The notes under the pieces: model-generated
Databases searched by the model: none
The model's input: the letters and a program-made list of their open reading frames with translations, nothing else
What the model was told of the DNA's origin: nothing
Position numbers and translations under genes: made by a program
Part shown: in pieces, positions 29,461 through 39,242 of the stretch
Layout: every line of letters begins with the position of its first letter
Numbering within the stretch: position 1 is the stretch's first letter
NCBI GenBank assembly: GCA_963674825.1
Contig: OY771587.1
Coordinates: 1,664,001 to 1,728,000 of the forward strand
Length of the DNA: 64,000 bases
Source of the DNA: Candidatus Cloacimonadales bacterium
Lineage (GTDB): Bacteria; Cloacimonadota; Cloacimonadia; Cloacimonadales; JAIOQZ01
Direction of reading: 5' to 3'

Positions 29461-31230
29461 CTAATTATTCTTGATCCAGTTCACGAGGCCCTTCATTCTG
29501 ATGACGTCCATCAGCTTTTCGGGGAGCGGCGCGAAACTGAGCTGTTTGTCTGCGATGGTGATCGAGCCTTTCTCGAAGTCGATGTCGACTTTGTCGCCGG
29601 GCTTGTAGGCATCCACAGCCTCGGGCAGCACGATGATCGGCAGGCCCTGATTGATCGCCGAGCGGAAGAAGATGCGCGCTACCGATTTCACGATAACCGC
29701 TTTCACACCCGCGTAGGCGAGTCCGACGGACGGATGCTCACGCGATGACCCGCAGCCGAAGTTTTCACCCGCGAGGATGATATCGCCCTGCTGCACGCGT
29801 TCGGCGAAGTTGTCGTCGAAGCCCTTGAAGAGGTGCTGCGCGACCTTGTCCGGTTCGGAGCTGTTGATGTTGTAGGTGAGGTTTCCGGCAAACATCTGGT
29901 CGGTGTTGAGGTTATCGACATCGGTGTAGTTCCAGGCTCCGTCGATGCGACGATTGTCGTCATCGGCAACCACGGTGGTAGCGCTCTGCTGCTGTTTGTA
30001 GGCGTACTGTTCGTCGCCTGCCACAGCGCGCGGATCGGTGATCTTTCCGTTGAGCGCGGAGACTGCCACGGTCACGGGCGAGCCGAGGTAGATACTGGCG
30101 GCTTTGTTTCCCATGCGGCCGAGGAAGTTGCGGTTCGCGGTGGAGATCACGTTGATGCCGTCAGCAGGAATGCCCTGACCGGTGCCCAGGCAGGGACCGC
30201 ATGAGGGCGACAGGATGTTGGCACCTGCATTGATAAGCGTCTCGATGGTACCGTCTTTCATCGCATCCAGGTAGATCGCCTTGGATGCGGGAATGACCAG
30301 CAGTTGGACGCTTGCCGGGATCTTCTTACCCTTGAGCACGGCTGCCGCGGCCTGAAGGTCGTCGAGCCGGCCATTGGTGCAGGTTCCTACCAACGCTTGC
30401 TGGATCGGCGTTCCCGCCACTTCCGCGATACCCTTTACGTTATCCACATGATGTGGGCATGCCAGGACCGGGAAGACCTTCGCCAGATCGATCTCCACTT
30501 CGCGGAAATAATCGGCTTCATCGTCTGCCCAGACGCCTTCCACCTTCTCACCCAGAAACGCCTCGAGTACTTCGTCCGCCGGGAATACGGCGTTCTTGGC
30601 ACCCATTTCGGAGGCGAGATTGGAGAGGGTCATTCGCTCGGAGATGGAGAGGGTCTTGACGCCCTCGCCGTGGTACTCGATGGACATGTAGTCGGCGCCA
30701 CTGGAGCCGTACATACCGATGATCCACAGCGCCAGATCCTTGGCGGTGACGTTTTCGGGAAGCTGGTTGTGCAACGTGATCTTGATCGATTCCGGTACGC
30801 GGAACCAGGTCTCGCCCTGTTTCCAGATACCGGCGGTTTCGGTGCGGTCGATACCGGCTGCCAGCGCGTTGAATGCGCCTGCGGTCGATGTGTGGCTATC
30901 GCTGCCCACGACGATGTTGCCAGGGCGTGCGTAGTAGCTCATGATCTGGTGACATATTCCGTCGCCGACGTCGTGGAAGCGCTTGATTCCCTCTTCGTTG
31001 ACGAAATCGCGGATGCGCTGGTAGTCGTTGGCGAGCTTGCTGTTTGTGGGAGGCGCGTTGTGATCGAGCACGATAAGCGGCTGATTCGGATCTGCCACGT
31101 GCTCACCGCCCATCTTGCGGAAGGTCTTTTCGATACTGGCTGTATTATCGTGGGAAAGCACGATATCCGGTTTCTTGAAGACGATTGCGCCTTTCTTTGC
31201 TCCGAGAACTTTCTCGATGAATGTTGCCAT
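29461..31230 (-). CDS. Aconitase-family dehydratase, fused large+small (LeuC-LeuD) subunits; homoaconitase (Lys4/LysF)-like
   Basis: SHDNT, LDH, GICHQIM, DSHT, GTCTNGR, CGPCLG and STANRNF.GRMG; swivel domain NLNTDQMF..LTY and NFGCGSSREH. Confidence 0.85.
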   Translation of the reverse strand: MATFIEKVLGAKKGAIVFKKPDIVLSHDNTASIEKTFRKMGGEHVADPNQPLIVLDHNAPPTNSKLANDYQRIRDFVNEEGIKRFHDVGDGICHQIMSYYARPGNIVVGSDSHTSTAGAFNALAAGIDRTETAGIWKQGETWFRVPESIKITLHNQLPENVTAKDLALWIIGMYGSSGADYMSIEYHGEGVKTLSISERMTLSNLASEMGAKNAVFPADEVLEAFLGEKVEGVWADDEADYFREVEIDLAKVFPVLACPHHVDNVKGIAEVAGTPIQQALVGTCTNGRLDDLQAAAAVLKGKKIPASVQLLVIPASKAIYLDAMKDGTIETLINAGANILSPSCGPCLGTGQGIPADGINVISTANRNFLGRMGNKAASIYLGSPVTVAVSALNGKITDPRAVAGDEQYAYKQQQSATTVVADDDNRRIDGAWNYTDVDNLNTDQMFAGNLTYNINSSEPDKVAQHLFKGFDDNFAERVQQGDIILAGENFGCGSSREHPSVGLAYAGVKAVIVKSVARIFFRSAINQGLPIIVLPEAVDAYKPGDKVDIDFEKGSITIADKQLSFAPLPEKLMDVIRMKGLVNWIKNN

Positions 31231-31260
31231 GATTTCCCCTTTTTTGTCGGGCGAGGGTCT

Positions 31261-33057
31261 CTAAAGCAGACCGCCCCGCTGATAGATTTCCATCTGAACA
31301 TCGTAGAACGGCGTGATCTGAACAGTTTTGCCATTCTCGAGGTTGGTAAGAATACCGGTTTCGAAATCGACCTTGATCATGTCGCGGTCTTTGAGCCCCA
31401 GCGCTTCGATCGAATCATATGTGAGTACCGGGAACGCGGCGTTGATGGCGTTGCGCTCGTAGATTGCGCCAAAGGAGTTTGCCAGCACGGCCTGCACGCC
31501 CAGCGACTTGAAGCAATCCACAGCCTGCTGACGGGAGCTTCCAGCGCCGAAATTCTTCGCTGTGATCACGATATCGCCCGGTTCGGCTTTCTTCGCGAAA
31601 TCTTCCCAGCCTTCGAGGTTATCGAAGGTGTACTGTCCCATCTGCGCGATGTCGGTGATGGTGAGGTAGCGATTGTGGTAGATCATATCGGTATCGATGT
31701 TGTCATGCATAATCAGCCATACCTTGCCTTCAACCACGGACGGTTTCGCTTCGGATGCTGCTTTCTCGACAACTTCGGTTTCTGCTTTCTCGCGTGCAGA
31801 GAAGAGTGCCGGCTTGTCTGGAATTGCGTCCGGGGTGGTCACGTATCCTGCGACTGCGGAAGCGGCTACCACGGCGGGAGATGCCAGATAGACCTTTCCC
31901 TTACCCTGCTTGCCTGCGAAGTTGCGGTTACCGGTGCTGATGGTCACTTCTCCCGGTCCGTTCTGGCCGATCTGCCCTGCCGCGCAACCAGCGCAACCAG
32001 CGTTTCCGATCAGCGCGCCAGCTTCTTTGAAGGTCTTCAGGAGGCCTTCATAGAGAGCCTGAGTCCAGATGTCGTTTGTGGCCGGGACGATCTTGAGAAC
32101 GACGCCCGGAGCCACTTTGCGGCCCTCGAGGATCTTCGCGGCGATGCGAAGGTCTTCGATACGTCCGTTGGTGCAGCTACCGATAAAGGCGGAATCGATC
32201 TTCTCCTGCTTGGCTTCGGAAACCATCACCGCGTCTTCCGGGTGTCCCGGGCGGGAAGTCATGGGTACAAACTTGGAGATATCGAGTGTCAGCTCATTGT
32301 CATACTTCGCGTCCGCGTCAGCAAAGACGGGCTCGAACGGCGTTTCGGTACGTTCTCTGAAGTAGTCGATGATTTCCTGGCTCGGCGGGAAGAGCACAAT
32401 AATTGCGCCCATCTCAGTGGCCATTGAGCTGATGGTGATACGCTCGTCGAGCGTCAGTTCATCAATTGCCTCGCCGTACAATTCGACGGAGTAACCCAGG
32501 AGGGTGTTTGCGCCGAAGTGAGCGAGCAGGTTGAGGACGATGTCTTTGGCGTCGATATTATCGGGGCGTTCGCCCGTGAAGTTGAGCTTGATCGATGCGG
32601 GAACCTTGAACCACACCTTTCCGTGTGCCCAGGCAGCCGCGATGTCGCGATCACCCATACCCTGGCCGAAAGCGCCGACAGCGCCGAGGATGTTGGCATG
32701 GGAGTCGGTGGAAACGACGGTTGAACCCGGGTAGGCGAGTCCTTTCTCAATCACGAGGTGGGTACCGATACCTGCGTCGATATCATAGACCTTGATATCA
32801 TTATCGCGTGCATAGAGGCGGCAATACTGCTGATTGGCGGCGTATTTCTGATCAGAACCGGTCGGGTTGCAGTCGAAGGTGAAGAAGGTCTTCTTGGGAT
32901 CATCGACGGTGAGGCCGGCGCTTTCCAGATTCTTCACCACGTTAGCGCCACCGAAGTCGCGCGCGGCACGTACGTCGATCAGGATATCGACGATATCATT
33001 CGGCTTAACCACGTCTTTATCGGAGTGGTTTGCGAGAATCTTTTCTATTATGGTCAT
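31261..33057 (-). CDS. Second aconitase-family dehydratase, fused LeuC-LeuD, with altered active-site motifs
   Basis: DSH, GSCTNGR, GCAGC, STGNRNF.GKQG, NIDTDMI and NFGAGSSRQQA. Confidence 0.85.
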   Translation of the reverse strand: MTIIEKILANHSDKDVVKPNDIVDILIDVRAARDFGGANVVKNLESAGLTVDDPKKTFFTFDCNPTGSDQKYAANQQYCRLYARDNDIKVYDIDAGIGTHLVIEKGLAYPGSTVVSTDSHANILGAVGAFGQGMGDRDIAAAWAHGKVWFKVPASIKLNFTGERPDNIDAKDIVLNLLAHFGANTLLGYSVELYGEAIDELTLDERITISSMATEMGAIIVLFPPSQEIIDYFRERTETPFEPVFADADAKYDNELTLDISKFVPMTSRPGHPEDAVMVSEAKQEKIDSAFIGSCTNGRIEDLRIAAKILEGRKVAPGVVLKIVPATNDIWTQALYEGLLKTFKEAGALIGNAGCAGCAAGQIGQNGPGEVTISTGNRNFAGKQGKGKVYLASPAVVAASAVAGYVTTPDAIPDKPALFSAREKAETEVVEKAASEAKPSVVEGKVWLIMHDNIDTDMIYHNRYLTITDIAQMGQYTFDNLEGWEDFAKKAEPGDIVITAKNFGAGSSRQQAVDCFKSLGVQAVLANSFGAIYERNAINAAFPVLTYDSIEALGLKDRDMIKVDFETGILTNLENGKTVQITPFYDVQMEIYQRGGLL

Positions 33058-33082
33058 TGTAACTCCTTATGCAACTTGCGTT

Positions 33083-33154
33083 TCATCCTGAGCGGAGTAA
33101 AAGGATACCGCAAGTTAATTCATCCAGAGTGCCCTTCGACTCCGCTCAGGGTGA
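33083..33154. repeat. REP-like inverted doublet (CCTGAGCGGAGT family)
   Basis: TCATCCTGAGCGGAGTAAAAGG (33083-33104) matches the reverse complement of CCTTCGACTCCGCTCAGGGTGA (33133-33154) at 19 of 22 positions. Confidence 0.75.
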
Positions 33155-33174
33155 CACTCTGAGTACAGACGCAA

Positions 33175-33744
33175 TTATTCTCCGATCAACAGACCTTTGG
33201 TCATCATGACCATGGGGTCGAATGTCGCGAAATCGGCCTGATGGATAAGAACCGTTTCGATGCGTTGCGGACGTCCATCACCTTCCTTGGCGTGATTGGC
33301 GATGATATTGACGATCTCTTCGGGAAGTCCTACGCGGTCAGCGAGGATAGCGCCTGAAATCGGATGACGTGTGCACTTGCCGTTATAGCTCTTGCGATAG
33401 GTGCCATCGACGCATTCGATCTCTTTGAGCTTGCCGACATCGTGCAGCAGTCCGCCAGCGAGCAGGAAATCCATGTTCAGGGTATAGGGCATCTTGCGGT
33501 AGTTCTCTGTAATGGCCTTTGCGAGCCCTACAGCGCCTTCAGTGACCGCCATGGTATGTTCGATAAAGTTGATTCCTTTCGTCTCTGTGAGCAGCGTAAA
33601 CGGGATTTTCTCGATATCTTCGGGTTTCTCCCAGCCGCCTTCCTTCGCTGCGATGACAAAGCACTCAACGGTCTTCTCGCGAATCTCTTCGCTTTCGATC
33701 TTTGAGAGCACTTTGTCGAACACTCTTCTGAAATATTGTTCCAT
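33175..33744 (-). CDS. HD/HDIG-domain metal-dependent phosphohydrolase
   Basis: IEHT..V, GGLLHDVGK, HPISG, IIANH and HQAD; start at ATG 33744 after AAGGAG. Confidence 0.88.
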   Translation of the reverse strand: MEQYFRRVFDKVLSKIESEEIREKTVECFVIAAKEGGWEKPEDIEKIPFTLLTETKGINFIEHTMAVTEGAVGLAKAITENYRKMPYTLNMDFLLAGGLLHDVGKLKEIECVDGTYRKSYNGKCTRHPISGAILADRVGLPEEIVNIIANHAKEGDGRPQRIETVLIHQADFATFDPMVMMTKGLLIGE

Positions 33745-33816
33745 GGTATGTTCTCCTTCTATTGTTCTCACCCCATTGATTTTCAGCAATTGGAAGCTTG
33801 TCTCCATATGCACAGA

Positions 33817-33834
33817 GGGACTCTTCCGAGTCCC
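33817..33834 (-). terminator. Short GC hairpin after the dehydrogenase gene
   Basis: GGGACTC-GGAA-GAGTCCC on the minus strand (GNRA-type loop); no strong U-tract. Confidence 0.4.
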
Positions 33835-33857
33835 CCCTATGTGCTGTTATCAAAGAA

Positions 33858-35048
33858 CTATTTCAGTTTCTCGATGATGGCGTCGGTAACCTGCATGGTC
33901 GATGCGGCGCCGCGCTCTACGACTTCGGGCGTACCCTTCATCTTGAGCATATCGTATGTGCGAACCTTGCCCTCTTCCACTACTGCTGCCACAGCATTGC
34001 GAATGCGGGTGGCTTTTTCGGTTTCGCCGATGTGGTCGAGCATCATACATGCGGAAAGGACCATCGCGATCGGATTGACGATCGGGGTCTTGTATTCAGC
34101 GTATTTAGGAGCAGAACCATGGGTAGGTTCGAAAACCGCCACTTCCTTGCCGATGTTTGCGCTGCAAGCGAAGCCGAGTCCGCCAACCAGACCTGCGAAA
34201 CCGTCGGACACGATGTCGCCGAACATGTTTCCGGCTACGATTACACCGTAATCTTCCGGGTTCTTGGTCAGCCACATCATCTGAGCGTCGATGTTGGTGT
34301 TCCAGAGGGCGATATGCGGATATTCCTTCTGAATTTCTTTGCTGAGCGCGAGCATCATGCCGGATGTTTCACGTATTACATTCGGCTTTTCGCAGAGGGT
34401 AACCGACTTGTAACCAAATTTATCGGCGTGCTCGAAAGCAGCGCGGATGATGCGTTCGGAGTATTTCTTTGTGAAAATACGAGTGGAGACAGCCAGCTCT
34501 TCGCGTGGGCTCCAGCCGAAGTTCTTGCTGAATTTCGGGTGGGTCATCAGTGCGTCATAGACCTGGTCGCCGGGGTTGGTCCATTCTACGCCGCCGTAAA
34601 GGCCTTCGGTGTTCTGGCGGAAGATCGCCACATCTACTTCAGGCTCTTCGATGGTGTCGTTGGCACCCTTGCGGATGAAGTTGAGCGGATTACCCTTGAA
34701 GGTCTTGCACGGACGCAGACAGATATCCAGGTCGAAGTGCTGACGAAGACCGACGATGGGGCTATAATAGACGTAACCCTTATCCTGAAGCTCGGGAGCG
34801 AGTTCCTTTGCTGCATCTGATTTGGGCTTTGACGTGATTGCGCCGAAAAGGCTGATCTTGTGCTCTTTGAGCAGATCGATTGTACGCTGCGGAAGGGGAT
34901 TTCCTTCCTTGCACCAGAATTCCCAGCCGATGTCGGCGTGGACGTACGACGCGCGGAAATCAGCCGCTTCAAGTACGCGGATTGCTTCCGGAAGTACGAT
35001 TTTGCCGATGCCGTCGCCAGGCATCAGTACGATTGTCATATTCGCCAT
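33858..35048 (-). CDS. Isocitrate/isopropylmalate/homoisocitrate dehydrogenase family protein
   Basis: PGDGIG, LFGAITS, SPIVGLRQ, RQNTEGLY, NMFGDIVSD and FEPTHGSAP. The GAxTS and SPIVxLR motifs recall homoisocitrate dehydrogenases. Confidence 0.9.
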   Translation of the reverse strand: MANMTIVLMPGDGIGKIVLPEAIRVLEAADFRASYVHADIGWEFWCKEGNPLPQRTIDLLKEHKISLFGAITSKPKSDAAKELAPELQDKGYVYYSPIVGLRQHFDLDICLRPCKTFKGNPLNFIRKGANDTIEEPEVDVAIFRQNTEGLYGGVEWTNPGDQVYDALMTHPKFSKNFGWSPREELAVSTRIFTKKYSERIIRAAFEHADKFGYKSVTLCEKPNVIRETSGMMLALSKEIQKEYPHIALWNTNIDAQMMWLTKNPEDYGVIVAGNMFGDIVSDGFAGLVGGLGFACSANIGKEVAVFEPTHGSAPKYAEYKTPIVNPIAMVLSACMMLDHIGETEKATRIRNAVAAVVEEGKVRTYDMLKMKGTPEVVERGAASTMQVTDAIIEKLK

Positions 35049-35095
35049 AGTTTCCTCCGAAGATTCTATATTTTTAGTGCTTTGAGTTCATAATC

Positions 35096-35133
35096 ACCCT
35101 CACCCGTATACGGTAGAGGGCCGGGGTGAGGGT
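35096..35133. repeat. REP-like palindrome (CCCTCACCCCGGCCCTCT family)
   Basis: ACCCTCACCC ... AGAGGGCCGGGGTGAGGGT directly after the citF stop; shares the GGGGTGAG core with doublets 1-3. Confidence 0.6.
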
Positions 35134-35135
35134 CC

Positions 35136-36686
35136 CTACTTCACTTCTCTGACAACGTCGATCACGGTTCCATCGACCCACTTGATCGCCGCGACAACCT
35201 TCTGCCCGAGCGTTGGCATTTCGGCCTTACCGCAGATCGCCTCGGCTTCTTCCTTCAGTTCCTCAATGGTCTTGATGGGAAGGCCGGAATCCTTGGTCGC
35301 TTCGATGAGGTCTTTTCGGCGTGGATTGATCGCGATACCGCGTTCGGTAACGATGATATCGATCAGTTCGCCCGGACCGCAGATGGTGGTAACCTCGTCA
35401 CGAATGACGGGGATACGATCGCGGAAAAGCGGGATGGGAAGGATCACGTTCTTGCTGAAGAGGCAGTTCTGCCAACCACCTATACCATGCAGCAGATAGC
35501 CGTCGGAATGGGTCACGACGTTGGCGTTGAAATTAACGTCAACTTCGGTTGCGCCCAGGATGACGATATCCACCATGCTGGCGAAGTTGCCTTTGCCGTG
35601 GTAGTTATAGCTGGTGAATGGGCTTGTCCAGACGTGCGTCGGGTTCTCGCGCATGGAGCGGACGCCTTCGAGATCGAAAGTCTGGCCGTCCAGAATGTGC
35701 GTGATGAGCCCTTCTTCGAGCATCTGAACCAGGTATTTGTTGCTGCCGCCGCGTGCGAATCCACCTTTCATACCTTTCCGCTTGAGGATCTCGGAGAAGT
35801 AGATACCGATAGAAAGGGCGGTTCCACCAGCGCCAGCCTGGAAGCTGAAGCCGTCTTTGATCAGTCCGGCTGCTTCACAGAACTTCGCTGTCAGCTCGGC
35901 GATGTAGAGACGGTCAGGGCTACGGGTGATCTGGGTGGTGCCGGAGACGATCTTCTCCGGGATACCGACCTTGTCCATCTCAACTACGAAATCTACGTAG
36001 TTGCCCTGGATCTGCCACGGTGTGCAGGGGAAGGGAACGAGGTTGTCGGTAACCACTACAACGCGATCCGCATACTGTGAATCGGCCAGTGCGAATCCCA
36101 GCAGACCGCATGCCGAAGGGCCGGTAACAGCGTTTGCGTTACCGAAAAAATCAGCCGTCGGCGCAGCGATAAAAGCGATGTCGATATGAACTTCGCCGTC
36201 CTGAACTGCTTGGTAGCGTCCACCGTGAGAACGAAGAACGCCGGTTCCGCGCATCTTGCCTTGCGAGGTGAACTTACCCAACGGGCCGTTCATGCTGCCT
36301 TCGATGTGGTGAATGGTGCCGTCCTCCAGGTAGGGAAGTAGCTCACTGTGGCAGGGGAACGATGCGGACGGAAACCATACGAGGTCCTTGATGCCCAGTT
36401 CGTGTGCTGCGTGGAAGACCTGATTGGCCACCAGGTCGCCGTTGCGGAAGTGATGATGAGTGGAGATGGTCATGCCGTCTTTGATGCCTGACTTGACCAG
36501 CGCTTCTTTGATATCCTTCACGCGTTTGTCGCCATCTGCGGGGTAGTCCATGCAGGTAGCGATGGGTGGTGCGGCTTTGCGTCCGGTGGGGCGATACTTG
36601 CCTACGCCCATGAAAGGAACAACCGGCTTGCCGTTTATCTCTTCCGGAATCATCCTTCCGACTGCGTTTTTGACTTCTTTACTCAT
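35136..36686 (-). CDS. citF: Citrate lyase alpha subunit / citrate CoA-transferase-like (CitF)
   Basis: DGMTISTHHHFRNGD, RSHGGR, SFQAGAGG, ILDGQTFD, LGATEVD.NFN.NV and TERGIAINP; ATG 36686 overlaps the upstream stop. Confidence 0.9.
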   Translation of the reverse strand: MSKEVKNAVGRMIPEEINGKPVVPFMGVGKYRPTGRKAAPPIATCMDYPADGDKRVKDIKEALVKSGIKDGMTISTHHHFRNGDLVANQVFHAAHELGIKDLVWFPSASFPCHSELLPYLEDGTIHHIEGSMNGPLGKFTSQGKMRGTGVLRSHGGRYQAVQDGEVHIDIAFIAAPTADFFGNANAVTGPSACGLLGFALADSQYADRVVVVTDNLVPFPCTPWQIQGNYVDFVVEMDKVGIPEKIVSGTTQITRSPDRLYIAELTAKFCEAAGLIKDGFSFQAGAGGTALSIGIYFSEILKRKGMKGGFARGGSNKYLVQMLEEGLITHILDGQTFDLEGVRSMRENPTHVWTSPFTSYNYHGKGNFASMVDIVILGATEVDVNFNANVVTHSDGYLLHGIGGWQNCLFSKNVILPIPLFRDRIPVIRDEVTTICGPGELIDIIVTERGIAINPRRKDLIEATKDSGLPIKTIEELKEEAEAICGKAEMPTLGQKVVAAIKWVDGTVIDVVREVK

Positions 36687-37890
36687 GGTCCCTCCAGTCC
36701 TCCGCGAGGAGGCCCGATTTGATCGCCAGCGTGATAGTTTTCTGAGCACGTTTGACGACCGGCGGATCGATCATCTTGGAACCGAGCGCGACAACGCCGA
36801 GTCCCTTCTCTTCCGCTTCGTGGAACGCCTTCACGATTCGTTTTGCTTTCGCGATTTCTTTCTCTTCTGGTGCGTAAGCAGCGTTGATCACCGGGATCTG
36901 GCGCGGATGGATACAGCCCATGCCTTCGAATCCGAGCGACTTGCCCTCGGTAGCGAAGTGGTTCAGGCCATCCATGTTATCGATATCGGAATAGACAGAA
37001 TCGATCGCCTGGATACCGGCTGCCCGGGCTGCGTTGACCAGCATGCAGCGTGCGAAGTAGGTCTCTTTTCCCTCTTCGGTGCGTTGCGTGCCGAGGTCGG
37101 CCGTGTAGTCTTCCAGTCCGATCGCCAGCGCGACCACCTGCGGTGACGCGGATGCGATCTGGTAAGCATTCATCACACCCTTCGCCGATTCGATGATGGG
37201 CATGATCCAGATATTCGATGCTTTTTCTTTATCCTTCTGGACGTCGTGAATCTTCGCGACCACATCATGGATCTGGCTCGCTTCCTCGCATTTGGGAAGC
37301 AGAATCAGGTTCACGCCGTGGGGTACGATGAGCTCGATGTCTTCCAACCCCATGGGAAGCTGGTTGATGCGCACCATACGCTCTGCGCCGTAGAAATCAA
37401 CATTACGCAGCGAATTGCGCACGACGAAACGTGCTTCGTATTTCTTGGGGGGCGCAACTGAATCTTCCAGGTCCAGGATGATGCCATCGGGCTGATGGAT
37501 TCCAGCGTTGATCGCCAGCTTGGGGGTGTTACCCGGAAGATAGAGACGAGCGCGGCGGAATTGATCCCGGCGGGTGAGGTTAGTATTTTGCGGAAGTGCG
37601 TCGAGCAGGAATTCTTCCTTCGTGTCGATGCATTTCTTGATTGCGGCTTCGATACGGGCGCTGATTACGTAATCGAGTGCGCCAGCGTCATCGATTTTGA
37701 GGTAGGCATTTTCGATCTTGTAGAAGTCCAGAATATCTTCTGTGAGCTTCTGGATCGATTTGCCAAAGAGCGCTTTGACCTTGCTTTCGATAACGATTTC
37801 CCGGCCACCGTTGTCTCTGATTTCGAGCGTAACGCGGCAGTCTGAGCGTACATCGTCACCGAAGTTTCCGATAGTGCATTGGCTTTGCAT
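36679..37890 (-). CDS. citE: Fusion of citrate lyase acyl-carrier protein (CitD) and citryl-ACP/CoA lyase beta subunit (CitE)
   Basis: N-terminal ~90 aa: RSDCRV..ESKV..FG..I..DAGALDYVISARIEAA (CitD). Then RRARLYLPGN, DLEDSV, VRINQ, IIESA, GLEDY, GMGCIHPRQI and KMIDPPV (CitE). Confidence 0.9.
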   Translation of the reverse strand: MQSQCTIGNFGDDVRSDCRVTLEIRDNGGREIVIESKVKALFGKSIQKLTEDILDFYKIENAYLKIDDAGALDYVISARIEAAIKKCIDTKEEFLLDALPQNTNLTRRDQFRRARLYLPGNTPKLAINAGIHQPDGIILDLEDSVAPPKKYEARFVVRNSLRNVDFYGAERMVRINQLPMGLEDIELIVPHGVNLILLPKCEEASQIHDVVAKIHDVQKDKEKASNIWIMPIIESAKGVMNAYQIASASPQVVALAIGLEDYTADLGTQRTEEGKETYFARCMLVNAARAAGIQAIDSVYSDIDNMDGLNHFATEGKSLGFEGMGCIHPRQIPVINAAYAPEEKEIAKAKRIVKAFHEAEEKGLGVVALGSKMIDPPVVKRAQKTITLAIKSGLLAEDWRDHE

Positions 37891-37900
37891 GCGGAACTCC

Positions 37901-39196
37901 TTATTTCAGGAACTCGCCGATGTATTTGTATTCGGGTTCCAGTTTACCTTGATGTATGATGATCGATTTTTTTATCGGGTATGGCAGGTCTGATTCCTCG
38001 ATGGGCTTGGACCAATCGTTGTCCAGCATCGCCTTCATGAAAGGAAGCAGTGCTCTCGTGAAGCCATCGGAAGCCTCCATAGAGAATTCGCAGGGAAGGT
38101 TATCTACTGCGCAGATGGTAACACCGTTACCCATGTAGCCGTCTTCGAATTTGTCTTCGACAGCGTTGTACGTGTAGACAGGGTTATCTGGATAAGTGGC
38201 TTTCACGGTTGCTTCGATGGAACCTTCGATGTCGCAGGTGATATCGCCGATCGCGATCATCTTACCGCCACTCTTCTGGAGCTCGGCGATATCGGCCTTG
38301 GTCAGGAACACGGGGTATCCCGGAGCCCAGTAGATGGCGTTCATGTAGATCGAGCAATATGGCAGGTACGGCTTCATCTTCGATTCGTACTGGGGACCGT
38401 TCTTGAAATAGTCCATCAGATCGAATGAGCCGTCATCCTTGCGCTGCACCAAGTGTTTTTCCTTGAACACCGCGAGGTAGATACGGTCATTTTTGTAAGC
38501 TGTATCGAGCATGCCAAGATCATCAGGATCGATCTCTTCGATCGGCATTTCCGAGATGATTTCACGGCAGCCGGAGGCTACATGACCGTAACCGAGTTGG
38601 AAGATAACCAGAGGACCGATCTCTTTGGGAAGCCCGTCGCGCTTGATCTCTTCGCCAAGCTTACGAAGGTGCTCGACGGCATCGGACACACGCTCGTATT
38701 CGAATGCGCGTTTGACTTCAGACAGCGGGGTCTTCAGTCCGTAATGCTCTTCCAGGCGTCTACCGACAGCCCACAGCGTATCGACCATTCCGGCGTTACC
38801 GGCGAACTTGCCAAAGAATACCAGACGACGATTCTGCTCGTCGACGATGCGCTCGTAGTCCAGGATCGAGCATTTTGCGTCCATGAATTCGCGCAGCATG
38901 GGCATGTTGTAGTCCTGTCCCTTAATGGTGTGCGAGAAGAACATATGCGGTTTTCCGGGAACCATATCCGGGATCTTGATCTCTTTCACGCCAATGATCA
39001 GGTCACACAGGGAAAGATCATCGGAGATAGTTGCGCCAACGGCTTGATATTGATTGTCTTTGTAAATACGTAGTTCGGAGGGTTGCACAACGACTTGATA
39101 TCCTTGATCGATCAGCTCTTTGACTGCCTGCGGATTCAGGGGTACTCGTGCTTCCCATTGATTCTTGGTTTCTCTAAGTATTCCAAGTTTTTTCAT
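37901..39196 (-). CDS. Lysine-ketoglutarate reductase / lysine-forming saccharopine dehydrogenase-like (AlaDH/PNT fold)
   Basis: GILRETKNQWEARVPL.P, GVKE, FFSHTIKGQ.YNM, DYERI, FGKFAG.AG, DITCD..GSIE and AVDNLPCE, as in the LKR domain of eukaryotic AASS. Confidence 0.88.
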   Translation of the reverse strand: MKKLGILRETKNQWEARVPLNPQAVKELIDQGYQVVVQPSELRIYKDNQYQAVGATISDDLSLCDLIIGVKEIKIPDMVPGKPHMFFSHTIKGQDYNMPMLREFMDAKCSILDYERIVDEQNRRLVFFGKFAGNAGMVDTLWAVGRRLEEHYGLKTPLSEVKRAFEYERVSDAVEHLRKLGEEIKRDGLPKEIGPLVIFQLGYGHVASGCREIISEMPIEEIDPDDLGMLDTAYKNDRIYLAVFKEKHLVQRKDDGSFDLMDYFKNGPQYESKMKPYLPYCSIYMNAIYWAPGYPVFLTKADIAELQKSGGKMIAIGDITCDIEGSIEATVKATYPDNPVYTYNAVEDKFEDGYMGNGVTICAVDNLPCEFSMEASDGFTRALLPFMKAMLDNDWSKPIEESDLPYPIKKSIIIHQGKLEPEYKYIGEFLK

Positions 39197-39242
39197 GTAC
39201 AGACTCCACTCACTTTGTTACGAATTTCACCCCATGGACAAC

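Noticed and set aside
30304..32427. 707-aa plus-strand ORF
   Set aside because: It is antisense to two well-supported aconitase genes and has no motifs or RBS. It is best explained as a shadow ORF of biased codon usage. The same applies to 33798-34820, 39879-40670 and the other antisense ORFs in the operon.
34365..34380. Second parS candidate TGTTTCACGTATTACA, and a half-site ACGTGAAACA near 61808
   Set aside because: Three or more mismatches break the palindrome, and both lie in conserved coding sequence, so chance is likely.
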